From Thiohalomonadaceae bacterium (GTDB lineage Bacteria; Pseudomonadota; Gammaproteobacteria; Thiohalomonadales; Thiohalomonadaceae), in contig JBFFNE010000003.1 in the NCBI GenBank assembly GCA_041563315.1, positions 6,764 to 70,763 of the forward strand: a DNA stretch of 64,000 nt, written 5' to 3'. Positions 39,511 to 49,003 of this stretch are shown one piece after another. The position numbers and the translations under genes were made by a program. Below the pieces are notes generated by a model. That model did no database searches, was not told the origin of the DNA, and worked only from the letters and a program-made list of their open reading frames with translations. How positions within the stretch are numbered: position 1 is the first letter of the stretch; each line of letters opens with the position of its first letter.

Positions 39511-41160
39511 TCAGATAAGGGCGAAGTGTTGCGGTTCTTTTTCTTTGGCTTCAGCCGAGTTCGGGTTGCTGAAGGTCAATTGTACCCGTGTTCCTTCCCC
39601 GGTTTCACTCTCGATGCGCAGATCGCCGCCAAGATAGCGTGCGCGTTCCTTCATGATCGACATGCCGAGATGTTCGCCTGGATGACCGCTAAAGGCCGGT
39701 TTATCCATGCCGATACCATCATCTTCGACAAGGATGTGATAGTGATCATCCTTGTCGCAACGCAGCAGCACGCGCACCGTATGGGCTTGGCTATGCTTGC
39801 GCACATTGGCCAGTGCCTCCTGGATGATGCGCAACACCTGCATTTCGCTGTTGGCGGAGAGGCGAGTGGAGTCCCACTCCTTCTGCAACAATACGTGCAT
39901 GCCGGTCTGCTTGCGGAAGTTGCTGATCAGATCTTCCAGCGCCGGCAGCAGGCCTCGGGAGTTAATGGGCGCACGGAAGTGCGCCAGCAGTTCGCGAAGT
40001 TCGGTGTAGGCATCGTTCAGGCCGCTCTTGATCTGCTGGATGTCCTCATGAGTGACATCAGCCCCCTGACGGTCGATGGCCTCATCGAGCATGCTCACCT
40101 GGAAGCGTAAACTGGCCAGGGTCTGGGCCAGGGAGTCGTGCAGCTCGTGGGCAATCGCATTACGCTCCTTGATGATCGAGAGGCGCTTGGCCTCATCGTC
40201 AAGGTGCGCCTTTTCAATAGCCATGCCAAGGTGCCGGCCGATACTGGTGAACAGCGCCTTGACCTCCTCGTGAGAATCGATATCAGCCTTGTCCACAAAC
40301 AGGTTGTAGACTCCAAGGTTTTTGCCATGGTATTGCAGGGGGACAGCGATCATTTCCAGATCGGGATTGCCGAGCATAGGGCGCCCGACCCACTGGTTGC
40401 AGGCATTGAGATCCTGCTGGAAAAGCACCTCGCCCTCGGTGACGGCAGTACCACAGAGGCAGCGCTGTACCGGGACCATCCGCTCCTCCTCGACCACTGT
40501 CTCATCCAGCCCGATACTGGCCACCAGCTCCATCTGGTTATTGTCGGTGAGCAGACGCACGGTACCTGCCTTGGCGTTGACGATGTCACGCATGGTGTGA
40601 AGGAAGCGGGTCAGCAGATCTTTTAAGTCGCGTGAAGCGTTCAGGCTGGCGGCCACGTCATAGAGCACCTGCAACGAATTGGCCTTCTGCTCGAAACGCT
40701 TTGTCTGGCGCTTGATTTCGTCATCCATGTGCCTGGAAAGGCTCTGCAGGTAATCGAGCAGGTTATTGATGTCCTTGGAAACCTCTTTGAGTTCCCCCAT
40801 TTCGCCAGGGAACAGGCGAACCGTCAGATTTCCCTCACGAATTTCGTCAGACCAGTGTTTAAGCTCCTCACTGGGGTGCAGCAGATATCGACGGAAGGCA
40901 AGTGAGATCGCGACAAGCAAACCAATGCCGGCGAGGATAAATACGCCAAAGAGTAACAGGAGGATTTCTGTATGCTCGGGGAAATTGAGCATCAAAACCA
41001 AATTCACGCCAAGCAGGGCAAAGGTATTGCCGACGCCGATCAGCAGGAAACGGAGGCGTTTACCCGGTAGACCATCACCGCTGAGGAGGAACAGCGCAGT
41101 CAGCGACTCAAGGGCTGCCATGAGCCGGTTCAGTATAACTGGTTTCTGTCTAGTGCCCAT
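39511..41160 (-). CDS. NarX/NarQ-class sensor histidine kinase (TM-HAMP-GAF-HisKA_3-HATPase)
   Basis: H-box HELHDSLAQTL, N-box EALANVRKHS and G-box DDGIG. GAF-like segment with CLCG. The periplasmic loop is very short. Confidence 0.85.
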   Translation of the reverse strand: MGTRQKPVILNRLMAALESLTALFLLSGDGLPGKRLRFLLIGVGNTFALLGVNLVLMLNFPEHTEILLLLFGVFILAGIGLLVAISLAFRRYLLHPSEELKHWSDEIREGNLTVRLFPGEMGELKEVSKDINNLLDYLQSLSRHMDDEIKRQTKRFEQKANSLQVLYDVAASLNASRDLKDLLTRFLHTMRDIVNAKAGTVRLLTDNNQMELVASIGLDETVVEEERMVPVQRCLCGTAVTEGEVLFQQDLNACNQWVGRPMLGNPDLEMIAVPLQYHGKNLGVYNLFVDKADIDSHEEVKALFTSIGRHLGMAIEKAHLDDEAKRLSIIKERNAIAHELHDSLAQTLASLRFQVSMLDEAIDRQGADVTHEDIQQIKSGLNDAYTELRELLAHFRAPINSRGLLPALEDLISNFRKQTGMHVLLQKEWDSTRLSANSEMQVLRIIQEALANVRKHSQAHTVRVLLRCDKDDHYHILVEDDGIGMDKPAFSGHPGEHLGMSIMKERARYLGGDLRIESETGEGTRVQLTFSNPNSAEAKEKEPQHFALI

Positions 41161-41400
41161 TTCGGTACAGGCCCTGGAGGCCCGCTTGATTGAGGGGTCG
41201 GCAAGGCCGTCACCCTGTGATGAAAGACGTATAGTATCACAAGATAGAAGATGCGAGAGAAAAGGGGCGAGTGCCGAAGAGTATCTACGAGAGGCGAGGG
41301 GATAATGGTGAGGGTGGATGTATCAGCTGCGCAGCTGACGGGCTGCGCGCAAGGCGCGCTCCCCCCCTCGCTTCTCGTCGCTTTGTCCTCGTATCTGCTT

Positions 41401-41757
41401 TTAGTTGCAGGAACTGCAGCCACCGCTGCCGCAACTACCGCCATTGGTCTCGCCCTGGGGCTGGTAATTGGCATCATTGGGATTCATGAAGATGAAGTGA
41501 AACTGGCCTGGTTCGATTTCGACGTAGTCGATGGTCGTGCCGCTGAACAGCGGGCCAAACTCACCGCCCATCACTATCTCTACATCGCCGAATTTGAATG
41601 CCAGATCATCGTCACCGGGTTCATCGAAGCCCATGCCGTACTCCATAGTACCGTCGGCGTTTTTACGTGCGGCCAGGCGCAAGGCCAAACCCTCGGCACC
41701 GCTCTGTGCAGCGGCGTTTTTTACCTGTTCAATGGCGGCGGATGTCAGTGTAATCAT
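41401..41757 (-). CDS. dsrR: DsrR (IscA-like protein of the dsr operon)
   Basis: A-type-carrier fold without the internal Cys. Position after dsrN matches the Allochromatium dsr operon. Has an unusual C-terminal tail GGSCGSGGCSSCN. Confidence 0.7.
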   Translation of the reverse strand: MITLTSAAIEQVKNAAAQSGAEGLALRLAARKNADGTMEYGMGFDEPGDDDLAFKFGDVEIVMGGEFGPLFSGTTIDYVEIEPGQFHFIFMNPNDANYQPQGETNGGSCGSGGCSSCN

Positions 41758-41773
41758 GCTGTTGCCTTTCTGT

Positions 41774-43213
41774 TTACATAAACGGGGGCAGAAACGCAGT
41801 ACTACCCGTGATCGATTGAGTGTTCTTTACCGTGGTGCTGTCGCGCACAACCCTCACAAAGTCGAGAAAACGCTGTGTCCAGTGGTTAGCGTCCACATCA
41901 CGCAAGTGGACGTAGTTGGCGATCAGATTTTTATGGAGGAAACCGTCGTGCTGCCGGTCAATACCATGACCGCGTTCCAGTGTATAAGCATACTGTAGTC
42001 CCGCGGGCAGGTTTTCAAGGCTGGAGTAGTGGAACTCATGGACATGGTAGCAGCGGTCTGGCTCACTGCCAGGCCAGGGAGCGGCGTCCGTTTCAATGAT
42101 TCTGGCATAGCCCCGCCCGATGGGCTTGTCATGCATCACCGTATCCCCGGGTATGATGCCGACCATTTCGCAGTGGTGTTTTTTCCAGCGCAGTGAGCGG
42201 CTCAGGTACATCAGCCCGCCACATTCGGCATAGGCGGGAAGTCCATCCTCAATGGCCTGATGGATGCTGTGTCGCATTGCGGCATTGGCCTCCAGTGCCT
42301 CCATCTGGGTCTCGGGAAAGCCGCCGCCAATGAACAGGCCGTCGATATTCTCAGGAAGTGCTGTATCGTGCAGGGTATCAAAGGGCACCAGCTCGGCCCC
42401 GCCGGCTTTCAGCTGTTCCAGATCGTCCGGGTAGTAGAAGCCAAAGGCGGCGTCGTGGGCGATGGCGATCCTTACATCCACCGGCCCCGGTGGCGACAGC
42501 TTGACGATGACTTCCCCTAAGACTGGCAGGGAGGCGCTAGCGGCGATCTGTTGCAAGCCTTCAAGATCGACCTGGGATGCTATGATATCGGCGATTTCCG
42601 CTAATTTAGCCTCCACATTCGAGGCCTCATTGCTTGGAATGAGCCCGAGATGGCGCTCGTCGAGGACGAGGCGCTCGTCACGATGGATAGCGCCCAGTAC
42701 CGGAATGTCGCTGTAATGGGCGATTGCCTCACGCAGGCGCTGCTCGTGACGTTTACCGGCGACCTTGTTGAGAATCACCCCGGCGATATTGAGCTGTGGG
42801 TCGAACTGGCGGAAGCCGAGGATGACGGGGACGATGCTGCGGGTGGCGCCCTTGACATCCAGCACCAGCACCACGGGCGCACCGAGCAGCTTGGCCATCT
42901 CGGCATTGCTGCCCTGGCCCTCCACATCGAGGCTGTCGAACAGCCCCATATTCCCTTCAATCAGTGTAATGTCGCTGTCGTTGCTATGATGTACGAAGAA
43001 GCGGCGCAGCTCCTCGTGCGACATGGTGTGAAAGTCGAGGTTATAGCAGGGGCGTCCTGCGGCACGCCCCAGCCACATTGGATCAATGTAGTCTGGGCCC
43101 TTTTTGAATGGCTGTACATGCCGTCCCAGGCGGGTCAACGCGGCACACAGCCCGAGGGTGATGGTGGTCTTGCCAGAGGACTTGTGTGCGGCGCTGAGCA
43201 GCAGCTGGGGCAT
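41774..43213 (-). CDS. dsrN: DsrN (cobyrinic acid a,c-diamide synthase-like siroheme amidase)
   Basis: 479 aa, CobB/CbiA-like, with an ATP-binding N-terminus (AHKSSGKTT) and a glutamine amidotransferase C-domain. dsr context. Confidence 0.85.
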   Translation of the reverse strand: MPQLLLSAAHKSSGKTTITLGLCAALTRLGRHVQPFKKGPDYIDPMWLGRAAGRPCYNLDFHTMSHEELRRFFVHHSNDSDITLIEGNMGLFDSLDVEGQGSNAEMAKLLGAPVVLVLDVKGATRSIVPVILGFRQFDPQLNIAGVILNKVAGKRHEQRLREAIAHYSDIPVLGAIHRDERLVLDERHLGLIPSNEASNVEAKLAEIADIIASQVDLEGLQQIAASASLPVLGEVIVKLSPPGPVDVRIAIAHDAAFGFYYPDDLEQLKAGGAELVPFDTLHDTALPENIDGLFIGGGFPETQMEALEANAAMRHSIHQAIEDGLPAYAECGGLMYLSRSLRWKKHHCEMVGIIPGDTVMHDKPIGRGYARIIETDAAPWPGSEPDRCYHVHEFHYSSLENLPAGLQYAYTLERGHGIDRQHDGFLHKNLIANYVHLRDVDANHWTQRFLDFVRVVRDSTTVKNTQSITGSTAFLPPFM

Positions 43214-43215
43214 AA

Positions 43216-44217
43216 TCAGGCAGCGTTCCGGAAGCGGGATTTATTGCGTGTTTCCCACATGGTTCGGGCCTGTTCCTCGGCCTCTTCACGATCCTTAGCC
43301 TTGCCCATGGTATAGAGGGCGATGGCGATGGTGCCGATCACTGCCGCTTCGCCATATTCATCCTCCTTTTCTCCACGCCACACGGCAGCCAAGTCGGCCA
43401 CATTCATTTCATCAGGGCGAACGTGCCGTTTGGCGAACATGGCAGGCCACTCCTCATCCTGCATCTTGCCCTCGTGGACGCACTGCAGCAGAACCTCTTG
43501 ATCAGGGTTGCGTTCGATCTCGCCGCCTTCTCCCTTAATTACCGTCATGTGAGGTATGCCCAGCAGCATGCCCGCCTCCTGGTGAGTCGGGCGGTAACCG
43601 GGATGAAAGATACCCTGTATCACATTGGGTGCATTGAACGGGTTAAGCATACGGGCGATGGTGTGGACCGGAGAGCGCAGGCCGAGCAGGGGGCGCAGCT
43701 CGATGATTTGGTGCAGCTTGGGGCTCAGGTATTCCAGGTCGATGTAGCTGAAGTTACTCTCTTTAATCTGACGAGCTGCCTCTTCCAGGTTCTTGGCCAC
43801 GGGCACGCCCAACTGCGGGAGCACATCCTTGGTGTAGAGCCTGCCTGCCGTGTGCCCGCTGGCGCCGTGCATGAAGATGCGAATACCGTTTTCGGCCATT
43901 AGCAGGGTTGCGAGAAGATACCATGGGAGGATGCGCTTTTTGCCGGCATAGGAGGACCAGTCGAGATCGACCGTCGGCAGGTTGGCGGGCAAGTCGAGGT
44001 GCTCGCGAATGGCGCGGACTGCTGCGGCGACCTCTTCCGGCGTCTCCTCCTTGACACGCATCAGCATCAGGTAGGCCCCCAACTGGATAGGCTCAACCTC
44101 GTCGCTCATGATCATGCGCATGGATTCATAGGCCTCATCGGCGGTAAGTCCACGGGAGCCGTTGCGACCCTTGCCGAGAATGCGTACATACTGTGCGAAA
44201 GCGTGTTCCTGGCTCAT
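43216..44217 (-). CDS. TrpD2/YbiB-like (glycosyl transferase family 3 fold) protein
   Basis: LGKGRNGSRGL, SYAGKKRILPWYLLATLL...IFMHG, LRSPVHTIARMLNPF and IKGEGGEIERNP align by eye with E. coli YbiB. The TrpD GTGGD motif is absent. Stop codon is 2 nt from the dsrN ATG. Confidence 0.7.
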   Translation of the reverse strand: MSQEHAFAQYVRILGKGRNGSRGLTADEAYESMRMIMSDEVEPIQLGAYLMLMRVKEETPEEVAAAVRAIREHLDLPANLPTVDLDWSSYAGKKRILPWYLLATLLMAENGIRIFMHGASGHTAGRLYTKDVLPQLGVPVAKNLEEAARQIKESNFSYIDLEYLSPKLHQIIELRPLLGLRSPVHTIARMLNPFNAPNVIQGIFHPGYRPTHQEAGMLLGIPHMTVIKGEGGEIERNPDQEVLLQCVHEGKMQDEEWPAMFAKRHVRPDEMNVADLAAVWRGEKEDEYGEAAVIGTIAIALYTMGKAKDREEAEEQARTMWETRNKSRFRNAA

Positions 44218-44383
44218 GCCATTACCTCTGGAATCTGTGGGGGCACCCGGCAGGTTAATCTGCCGGCTAAACCCCATGTATAAGGCCGAATCAGGCTATT
44301 TTAAAGCGTTTGGGCTGTTTTCCATAGCCTGCAACGCAAAACACCAATGCCCCTTGCGGTGACATCGGTGTTTGCGTGTCGAT

Positions 44384-44414
44384 AAATCTAAAAGGACAGG
44401 ACTGTAACCCTGTC
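44384..44414 (-). terminator. stem-loop plus U-run immediately after dsrP
   Basis: Minus-strand transcript reads GACAGG-GUUACAGU-CCUGUC followed by CUUUUAGAUUU, starting 3 nt after the dsrP stop. A second hairpin lies at 44338-44373. Confidence 0.45.
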
Positions 44415-44417
44415 TCC

Positions 44418-45623
44418 TTAGTGCGGATCGACGTCTGCGTCAGCCAGGCTCTCTGGCAGGAAACGCAGGTTTTTCACAGCGACGGTGGTCATGAGGAGGG
44501 TGATAGCCACACCGCCGAGACCGAGCAGCACTTCAGCCAAAGTCGGGCTGTAGTCGTAGAAGGCCGAATTCACTGCGCCTTCGAAGGTGCTGGTCACCTC
44601 GTAGCCTGGGAACAACTGCATCGGATAGGCCTGTCCACCGATAACGATGACATAGACCAGGGCGAAACCACCAAGGACAACGAGGGTGGAGGCTAAACCA
44701 ATCATGCCGCGGCTCTTGCCGGTGGCAGGGTGATACAGCAGTGCAAGCGGTGCCAGGGTGCCGAGCACGAAGTAGCCGAACCAGAACAGCGTGGTGTAGA
44801 TACCGCCATCCATCAGGATGAAGCGTTCAACACCGTGATGCTCAGTGGCATACAGATTGGACACGTGCATGGTGACGACGAAGTAGAGTGTGCCGGCGAC
44901 AAATACACCCAGCAGGTTCTTCAAGCGCTTCACCATGGCATCACCCAGCGGACGTTGAGTCCACTTGTAGGTGGTCATCAGTACCAGCAGGAAGATGGCC
45001 AAACCGAAGGAGAAGGACATGACGATGAACATCGGCGCCATGATCGCGGCATCATAACCCTGACGGGCAACCAGGAAACCGAAGATGGAGCCGGTACCAG
45101 TGGTCAGAATGAGACGCCAGATGAACGCAAAGAAGCCGGCTGCAGGGGTGTAGCGGTTCATGCGCTTCTCCATCATCGTCCACAGGTAGACTATAACAAT
45201 GGCCAGAAAGCCGTTGTAGAGGATGATGTTCCAGGCGAAGATGGATTTGAAGTTGTAGTGGGTCATCGCCACGATGAGACGGTCAGGACGACCCAGGTCG
45301 AGGACCAGGATAGTCAGACCACCGAGCAGCAGGGTGATGGCCAACAGGCCGGAGAGGGGGGCCAGCGGTTTGTACATCTTTTTGCCGAACACGGAGCCGA
45401 TGGAGGCGACGTTGAGCGCCCCTGAGGCTGCCACGATCAGGAAGATGGCAAACACGTGTGGCATGCCCCAGACGATCTGGTTGGTCATACCGGTTACCCA
45501 GTGGCCGTTGTGCTCCATGTGGTACCACGCGAGAGCGCCAATCAGGATAACCGCACCGAGAGCAGCAAGCAGACCATAAAATCCCTTGCCAGCCTCAATT
45601 TGCGTAAATAGCGTTTTTTTCAT
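44418..45623 (-). CDS. dsrP: DsrP (NrfD/PsrC-like integral membrane subunit)
   Basis: 401-aa polytopic membrane protein in the dsrMKJOP position. Confidence 0.9.
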   Translation of the reverse strand: MKKTLFTQIEAGKGFYGLLAALGAVILIGALAWYHMEHNGHWVTGMTNQIVWGMPHVFAIFLIVAASGALNVASIGSVFGKKMYKPLAPLSGLLAITLLLGGLTILVLDLGRPDRLIVAMTHYNFKSIFAWNIILYNGFLAIVIVYLWTMMEKRMNRYTPAAGFFAFIWRLILTTGTGSIFGFLVARQGYDAAIMAPMFIVMSFSFGLAIFLLVLMTTYKWTQRPLGDAMVKRLKNLLGVFVAGTLYFVVTMHVSNLYATEHHGVERFILMDGGIYTTLFWFGYFVLGTLAPLALLYHPATGKSRGMIGLASTLVVLGGFALVYVIVIGGQAYPMQLFPGYEVTSTFEGAVNSAFYDYSPTLAEVLLGLGGVAITLLMTTVAVKNLRFLPESLADADVDPH

Positions 45624-45649
45624 GCCTATCTATCCGTTTTATGTCTGTT

Positions 45650-46417
45650 TTAGATTCCGCGATAACGCATGCCGGTGTTCAAGCCAAGATCAGCGCGGAC
45701 CTGAGTCGTTGCGTGCTCGGCGACAGCCTGGGCGATTTCGCTATTGGGGTCTTTCAGATCACCAACGATGATAGCTTTGTGACCTTCCGTATTGCACGCC
45801 TCAGCACAGGCGGTAGTGCCTTCACCGGCATCCAGCTTGTGGACACAGAAGGTGCAGGACTCAACTGTGCCCTTGCCACGAGGTGCGTATGCACGCTGAT
45901 CTTCAAGTGCCTCATGGATGAAAGAGCGCGCCTTGTACGGACAGGCCATCATGCAGTAACGGCAACCGATACAGATGTGCTTGTCGACCAGTACGATACC
46001 GTCGGCACGCTTCATGGAGGCGCCGGTGGGGCAGACATCAACACAGGGTGGAGTCTCACAGTGTTGACACATCATCGGCAGGGACTGCACATGATCTGTC
46101 GCGGTGTTGCGTAACTCGACCTTGCGGATCCACTGTGCCTTCTGTTTGGCATTGGAATTCTGCTCGTCGCTGCTGCCTTCACCCCAGCCGTTCTCATTCA
46201 TGCAGCCGGTGACGCAGGCATCGCAGCCCTTGGCACATTTATTAGTGTCCACCAGCATACCCCAGCGGACTTCACTGGTGGCTGGTTGGTCTGCAGGACG
46301 AGCATGTGCTACGCCGTACAGCATGACGCCAGGAGCCAGAGTGACACCGGCGGCGAGTTTGGCACTATTGTTCAAAAAATCACGACGTGCCTGATCCGTA
46401 TGCTTGGTATCGCTCAT
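45650..46417 (-). CDS. dsrO: DsrO (periplasmic 4Fe-4S ferredoxin subunit)
   Basis: Tat signal RRDFL plus multiple CxxCxxCxxxCP clusters. 4-nt overlap with dsrJ. Confidence 0.9.
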   Translation of the reverse strand: MSDTKHTDQARRDFLNNSAKLAAGVTLAPGVMLYGVAHARPADQPATSEVRWGMLVDTNKCAKGCDACVTGCMNENGWGEGSSDEQNSNAKQKAQWIRKVELRNTATDHVQSLPMMCQHCETPPCVDVCPTGASMKRADGIVLVDKHICIGCRYCMMACPYKARSFIHEALEDQRAYAPRGKGTVESCTFCVHKLDAGEGTTACAEACNTEGHKAIIVGDLKDPNSEIAQAVAEHATTQVRADLGLNTGMRYRGI

Positions 46418-46920
46418 TGGATAGCACCTGTGTTGTTCTGGTTCTCAGCAAAATTATTCAGTAGCGCAGCCGAGTCGGGCTGATGAACATCTTTCAATGC
46501 CTCCATACCCGGGGTAACCAGTGGGTGGAACATCGCTGATTTTTCCGGGCGAGTCGCATGACACTCGAAGCAGTCAACGCGAACAGCGGCATACTGGTGA
46601 CAGCTCTTGCAGAAATGTTCACCCTCAGTCTGGCTAGCCTGTGCCTCTTCCTTTGGCGGAACGTGGCACTCGAGACACGCTTTCAGACTGTACTGCTTGG
46701 TGCGAATTCCTTCACGTAGTGCTTCGTCGCGATGTCCCTTCAGATACTTCATGTGGTTCTTGCGCATCTCATCGGTATCTGCGACACACTGCTCACCCTT
46801 GACGGGGGCGGGGATGTTAGGCCCCACGCCGTCTTCCTGATTGGCAGCACCTGCTGGCGCTGACAAAGTCAGCGCCAGCAGGGCCGGCAGTACGCTGAGA
46901 AGCTTGGTTATACGCTTCAT
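46414..46920 (-). CDS. dsrJ: DsrJ (periplasmic triheme cytochrome c)
   Basis: Signal peptide and three CxxCH motifs (CLECH, CKSCH, CFECH). Confidence 0.85.
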   Translation of the reverse strand: MKRITKLLSVLPALLALTLSAPAGAANQEDGVGPNIPAPVKGEQCVADTDEMRKNHMKYLKGHRDEALREGIRTKQYSLKACLECHVPPKEEAQASQTEGEHFCKSCHQYAAVRVDCFECHATRPEKSAMFHPLVTPGMEALKDVHQPDSAALLNNFAENQNNTGAIQ

Positions 46921-46929
46921 GACGTCCCC

Positions 46930-48918
46930 TTATTCACCCATACCCATATCAATGTACCCGGTCGGGCAGACATCGGCGCAGATGTGGCAACCGATGCACT
47001 TGGAGTAATCGGTGTACACGTAACGGCCGGTGGTAGCCTCAGCCTTCGGAGTTTTCTTGACAGCCTCTTGCGGGCAGAAGATGACGCAGTTATCGCACTC
47101 GAAGCACATGCCGCAGCTCATGCAACGTTTGGCTTCGGCGATGACCTCTTCCTCACCCAGCGGAACCAGACGCTCCTGGAAGTTACCGATAACGTCATCC
47201 GAGCTAACCGCTATGTGCTGGCGCTTGTGACGCGGCTCATCCTTGAAGTGGCCAAGGAACAGTTCGTCAGCGGAGATGATTTCACTGTGTGAACGGTCTT
47301 CGTAGTTGTGTACGGCAAAGTCAGCCTCCGAGGTACCGCGAAGACCCAGGTCGATCTCCTTGGCGAAGCCCTCTTCCTTGATGATCTCCTCTTTGGTCAT
47401 CGTGTGGAACTCGGAGGGCGTGTGCTCGGTTTCACGCAACTTGGTCAGCAGGTCCCAGTGGTGTACATCGACCTTCGGACGGTTCTTCAGCTCTTCATTA
47501 TTCAGGTAATGGTCGATGCTGTCAGCGGCGATAGAGGCTTGACCAATGGCGGTGGTCAGCAGGTGCGGACGCACGATGTCGCCGATGGCAAAGTAGCCAG
47601 GCTTACCGGGAACCTGAAAGTTCTTGTCGGCATCGATAAGGCTACGCTCGTTGGCGAAACCTTCCATGCCGGCCCAGTCACCGGTTTGGCCGATGGCGGC
47701 AACGATGAGCTCAGCATCGACCACGAATTCGGAACCTTCAATCGGGGTAGAGCCATCCTCTTCAAGACGGACAACTTTCAGGCCGGTAGCGCGACCGTCT
47801 GCACCCTTGATGACTTCAACCGGGCTCAGCTGACCGACGATCTCGACACCTTCGCTGGTGGCATCTTCAATTTCGTGCTGGGCGGCAGGCATTTTCTCGA
47901 CAGGAGAGCGGGAGATCAGCATGACCTCGGCGCCTTCACGAATCGCCGTAGCAGCAACGTCGTGAGCGGTCTGGTTGATGATGATGTGCTCAGGACGATC
48001 CTTCTCGTTTTCAACGGTGATATGACCCAGGCGGCGGGCAACGGAGGCAACGTCGATAGAGGTATCACCACCACCGATGACCACAACCTTACCGGTAACG
48101 TGCTTCAGGCGACCTTCGTTGAAGGCGGCGAGGAACGCAACACCGCTGATGCAGTTCATGGCATCAGCACCCGGAACGGGTAGAGCACGACCGGACCAGG
48201 CGCCAATGGCGAAGACGACGGCATCGTAGTCCTTCTCCAGTTGATCCATGGAGACATCGACACCGACTTTGGTTTTGGTGCGAACTTCAACGCCCATATC
48301 GGTGATGCGCTTGATTTCGCCGTCGAGGACATCACGCGGCATACGGTAGCCAGGAATGCCGTAACGCATCATACCACCGAGCTCTTCCTGGGTATCGAAC
48401 AGGGTAACGCCATGACCCTTGCGACGCAGCTGGTAGGCCGCCGCCATACCGCCAGGACCACCACCAATGATGGCAACTTTCTTGCCGGTATCGGCACCGA
48501 CTTCATAGGTGTAGTTGTTGGCCAGGGCCTGGTCACCGATGTACTGCTCAACGGAATTGATCCCGACGTGGTCTTCGACCATGTTGCGATTACAACCGTC
48601 TTCACAGGGAGCCGGGCAAACACGGCCCATGACTGACGGGAAGGGGTTGGAGTCGGTGGCGCGACGGAATGCGTATTCCTGCATGGTCATGTCGCCGGTG
48701 GGCTTTTCGATACCACGAACGATGTCCAGCCAGCCGCGAATGTCGTGACCGGAAGGGCAGCTGCCCTGGCAAGGGGGAGTACGGTGTACATAGGTAGGAC
48801 ACTTGTGGGACCAGCTTGACTGGAAGATGTTGTCAGTCAGGCTACCCCACTCACTGTCGCCGTCTTTAAAAATTCGGAAAGTATGATCTTTCTTCATATC
48901 GTCGCTAGAAGTTGCCAT
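46930..48918 (-). CDS. dsrL: DsrL (NAD(P)H:acceptor oxidoreductase, GltD-like with ferredoxin domain)
   Basis: 662 aa with dinucleotide motif IIGGGPGGMAAAY and C-terminal 2x[4Fe-4S] (CMSCGMCFECDNCVIFCP, CIGCHICADVCP). Confidence 0.9.
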   Translation of the reverse strand: MATSSDDMKKDHTFRIFKDGDSEWGSLTDNIFQSSWSHKCPTYVHRTPPCQGSCPSGHDIRGWLDIVRGIEKPTGDMTMQEYAFRRATDSNPFPSVMGRVCPAPCEDGCNRNMVEDHVGINSVEQYIGDQALANNYTYEVGADTGKKVAIIGGGPGGMAAAYQLRRKGHGVTLFDTQEELGGMMRYGIPGYRMPRDVLDGEIKRITDMGVEVRTKTKVGVDVSMDQLEKDYDAVVFAIGAWSGRALPVPGADAMNCISGVAFLAAFNEGRLKHVTGKVVVIGGGDTSIDVASVARRLGHITVENEKDRPEHIIINQTAHDVAATAIREGAEVMLISRSPVEKMPAAQHEIEDATSEGVEIVGQLSPVEVIKGADGRATGLKVVRLEEDGSTPIEGSEFVVDAELIVAAIGQTGDWAGMEGFANERSLIDADKNFQVPGKPGYFAIGDIVRPHLLTTAIGQASIAADSIDHYLNNEELKNRPKVDVHHWDLLTKLRETEHTPSEFHTMTKEEIIKEEGFAKEIDLGLRGTSEADFAVHNYEDRSHSEIISADELFLGHFKDEPRHKRQHIAVSSDDVIGNFQERLVPLGEEEVIAEAKRCMSCGMCFECDNCVIFCPQEAVKKTPKAEATTGRYVYTDYSKCIGCHICADVCPTGYIDMGMGE

Positions 48919-49003
48919 TTTTCAGTCTCCTATGCCATTAATCTTTAAGTTATCGGTGGGGCACTGCTTGAAGCCGCCAACCTGTGTGTGTGTTCGGAAG
49001 TAC

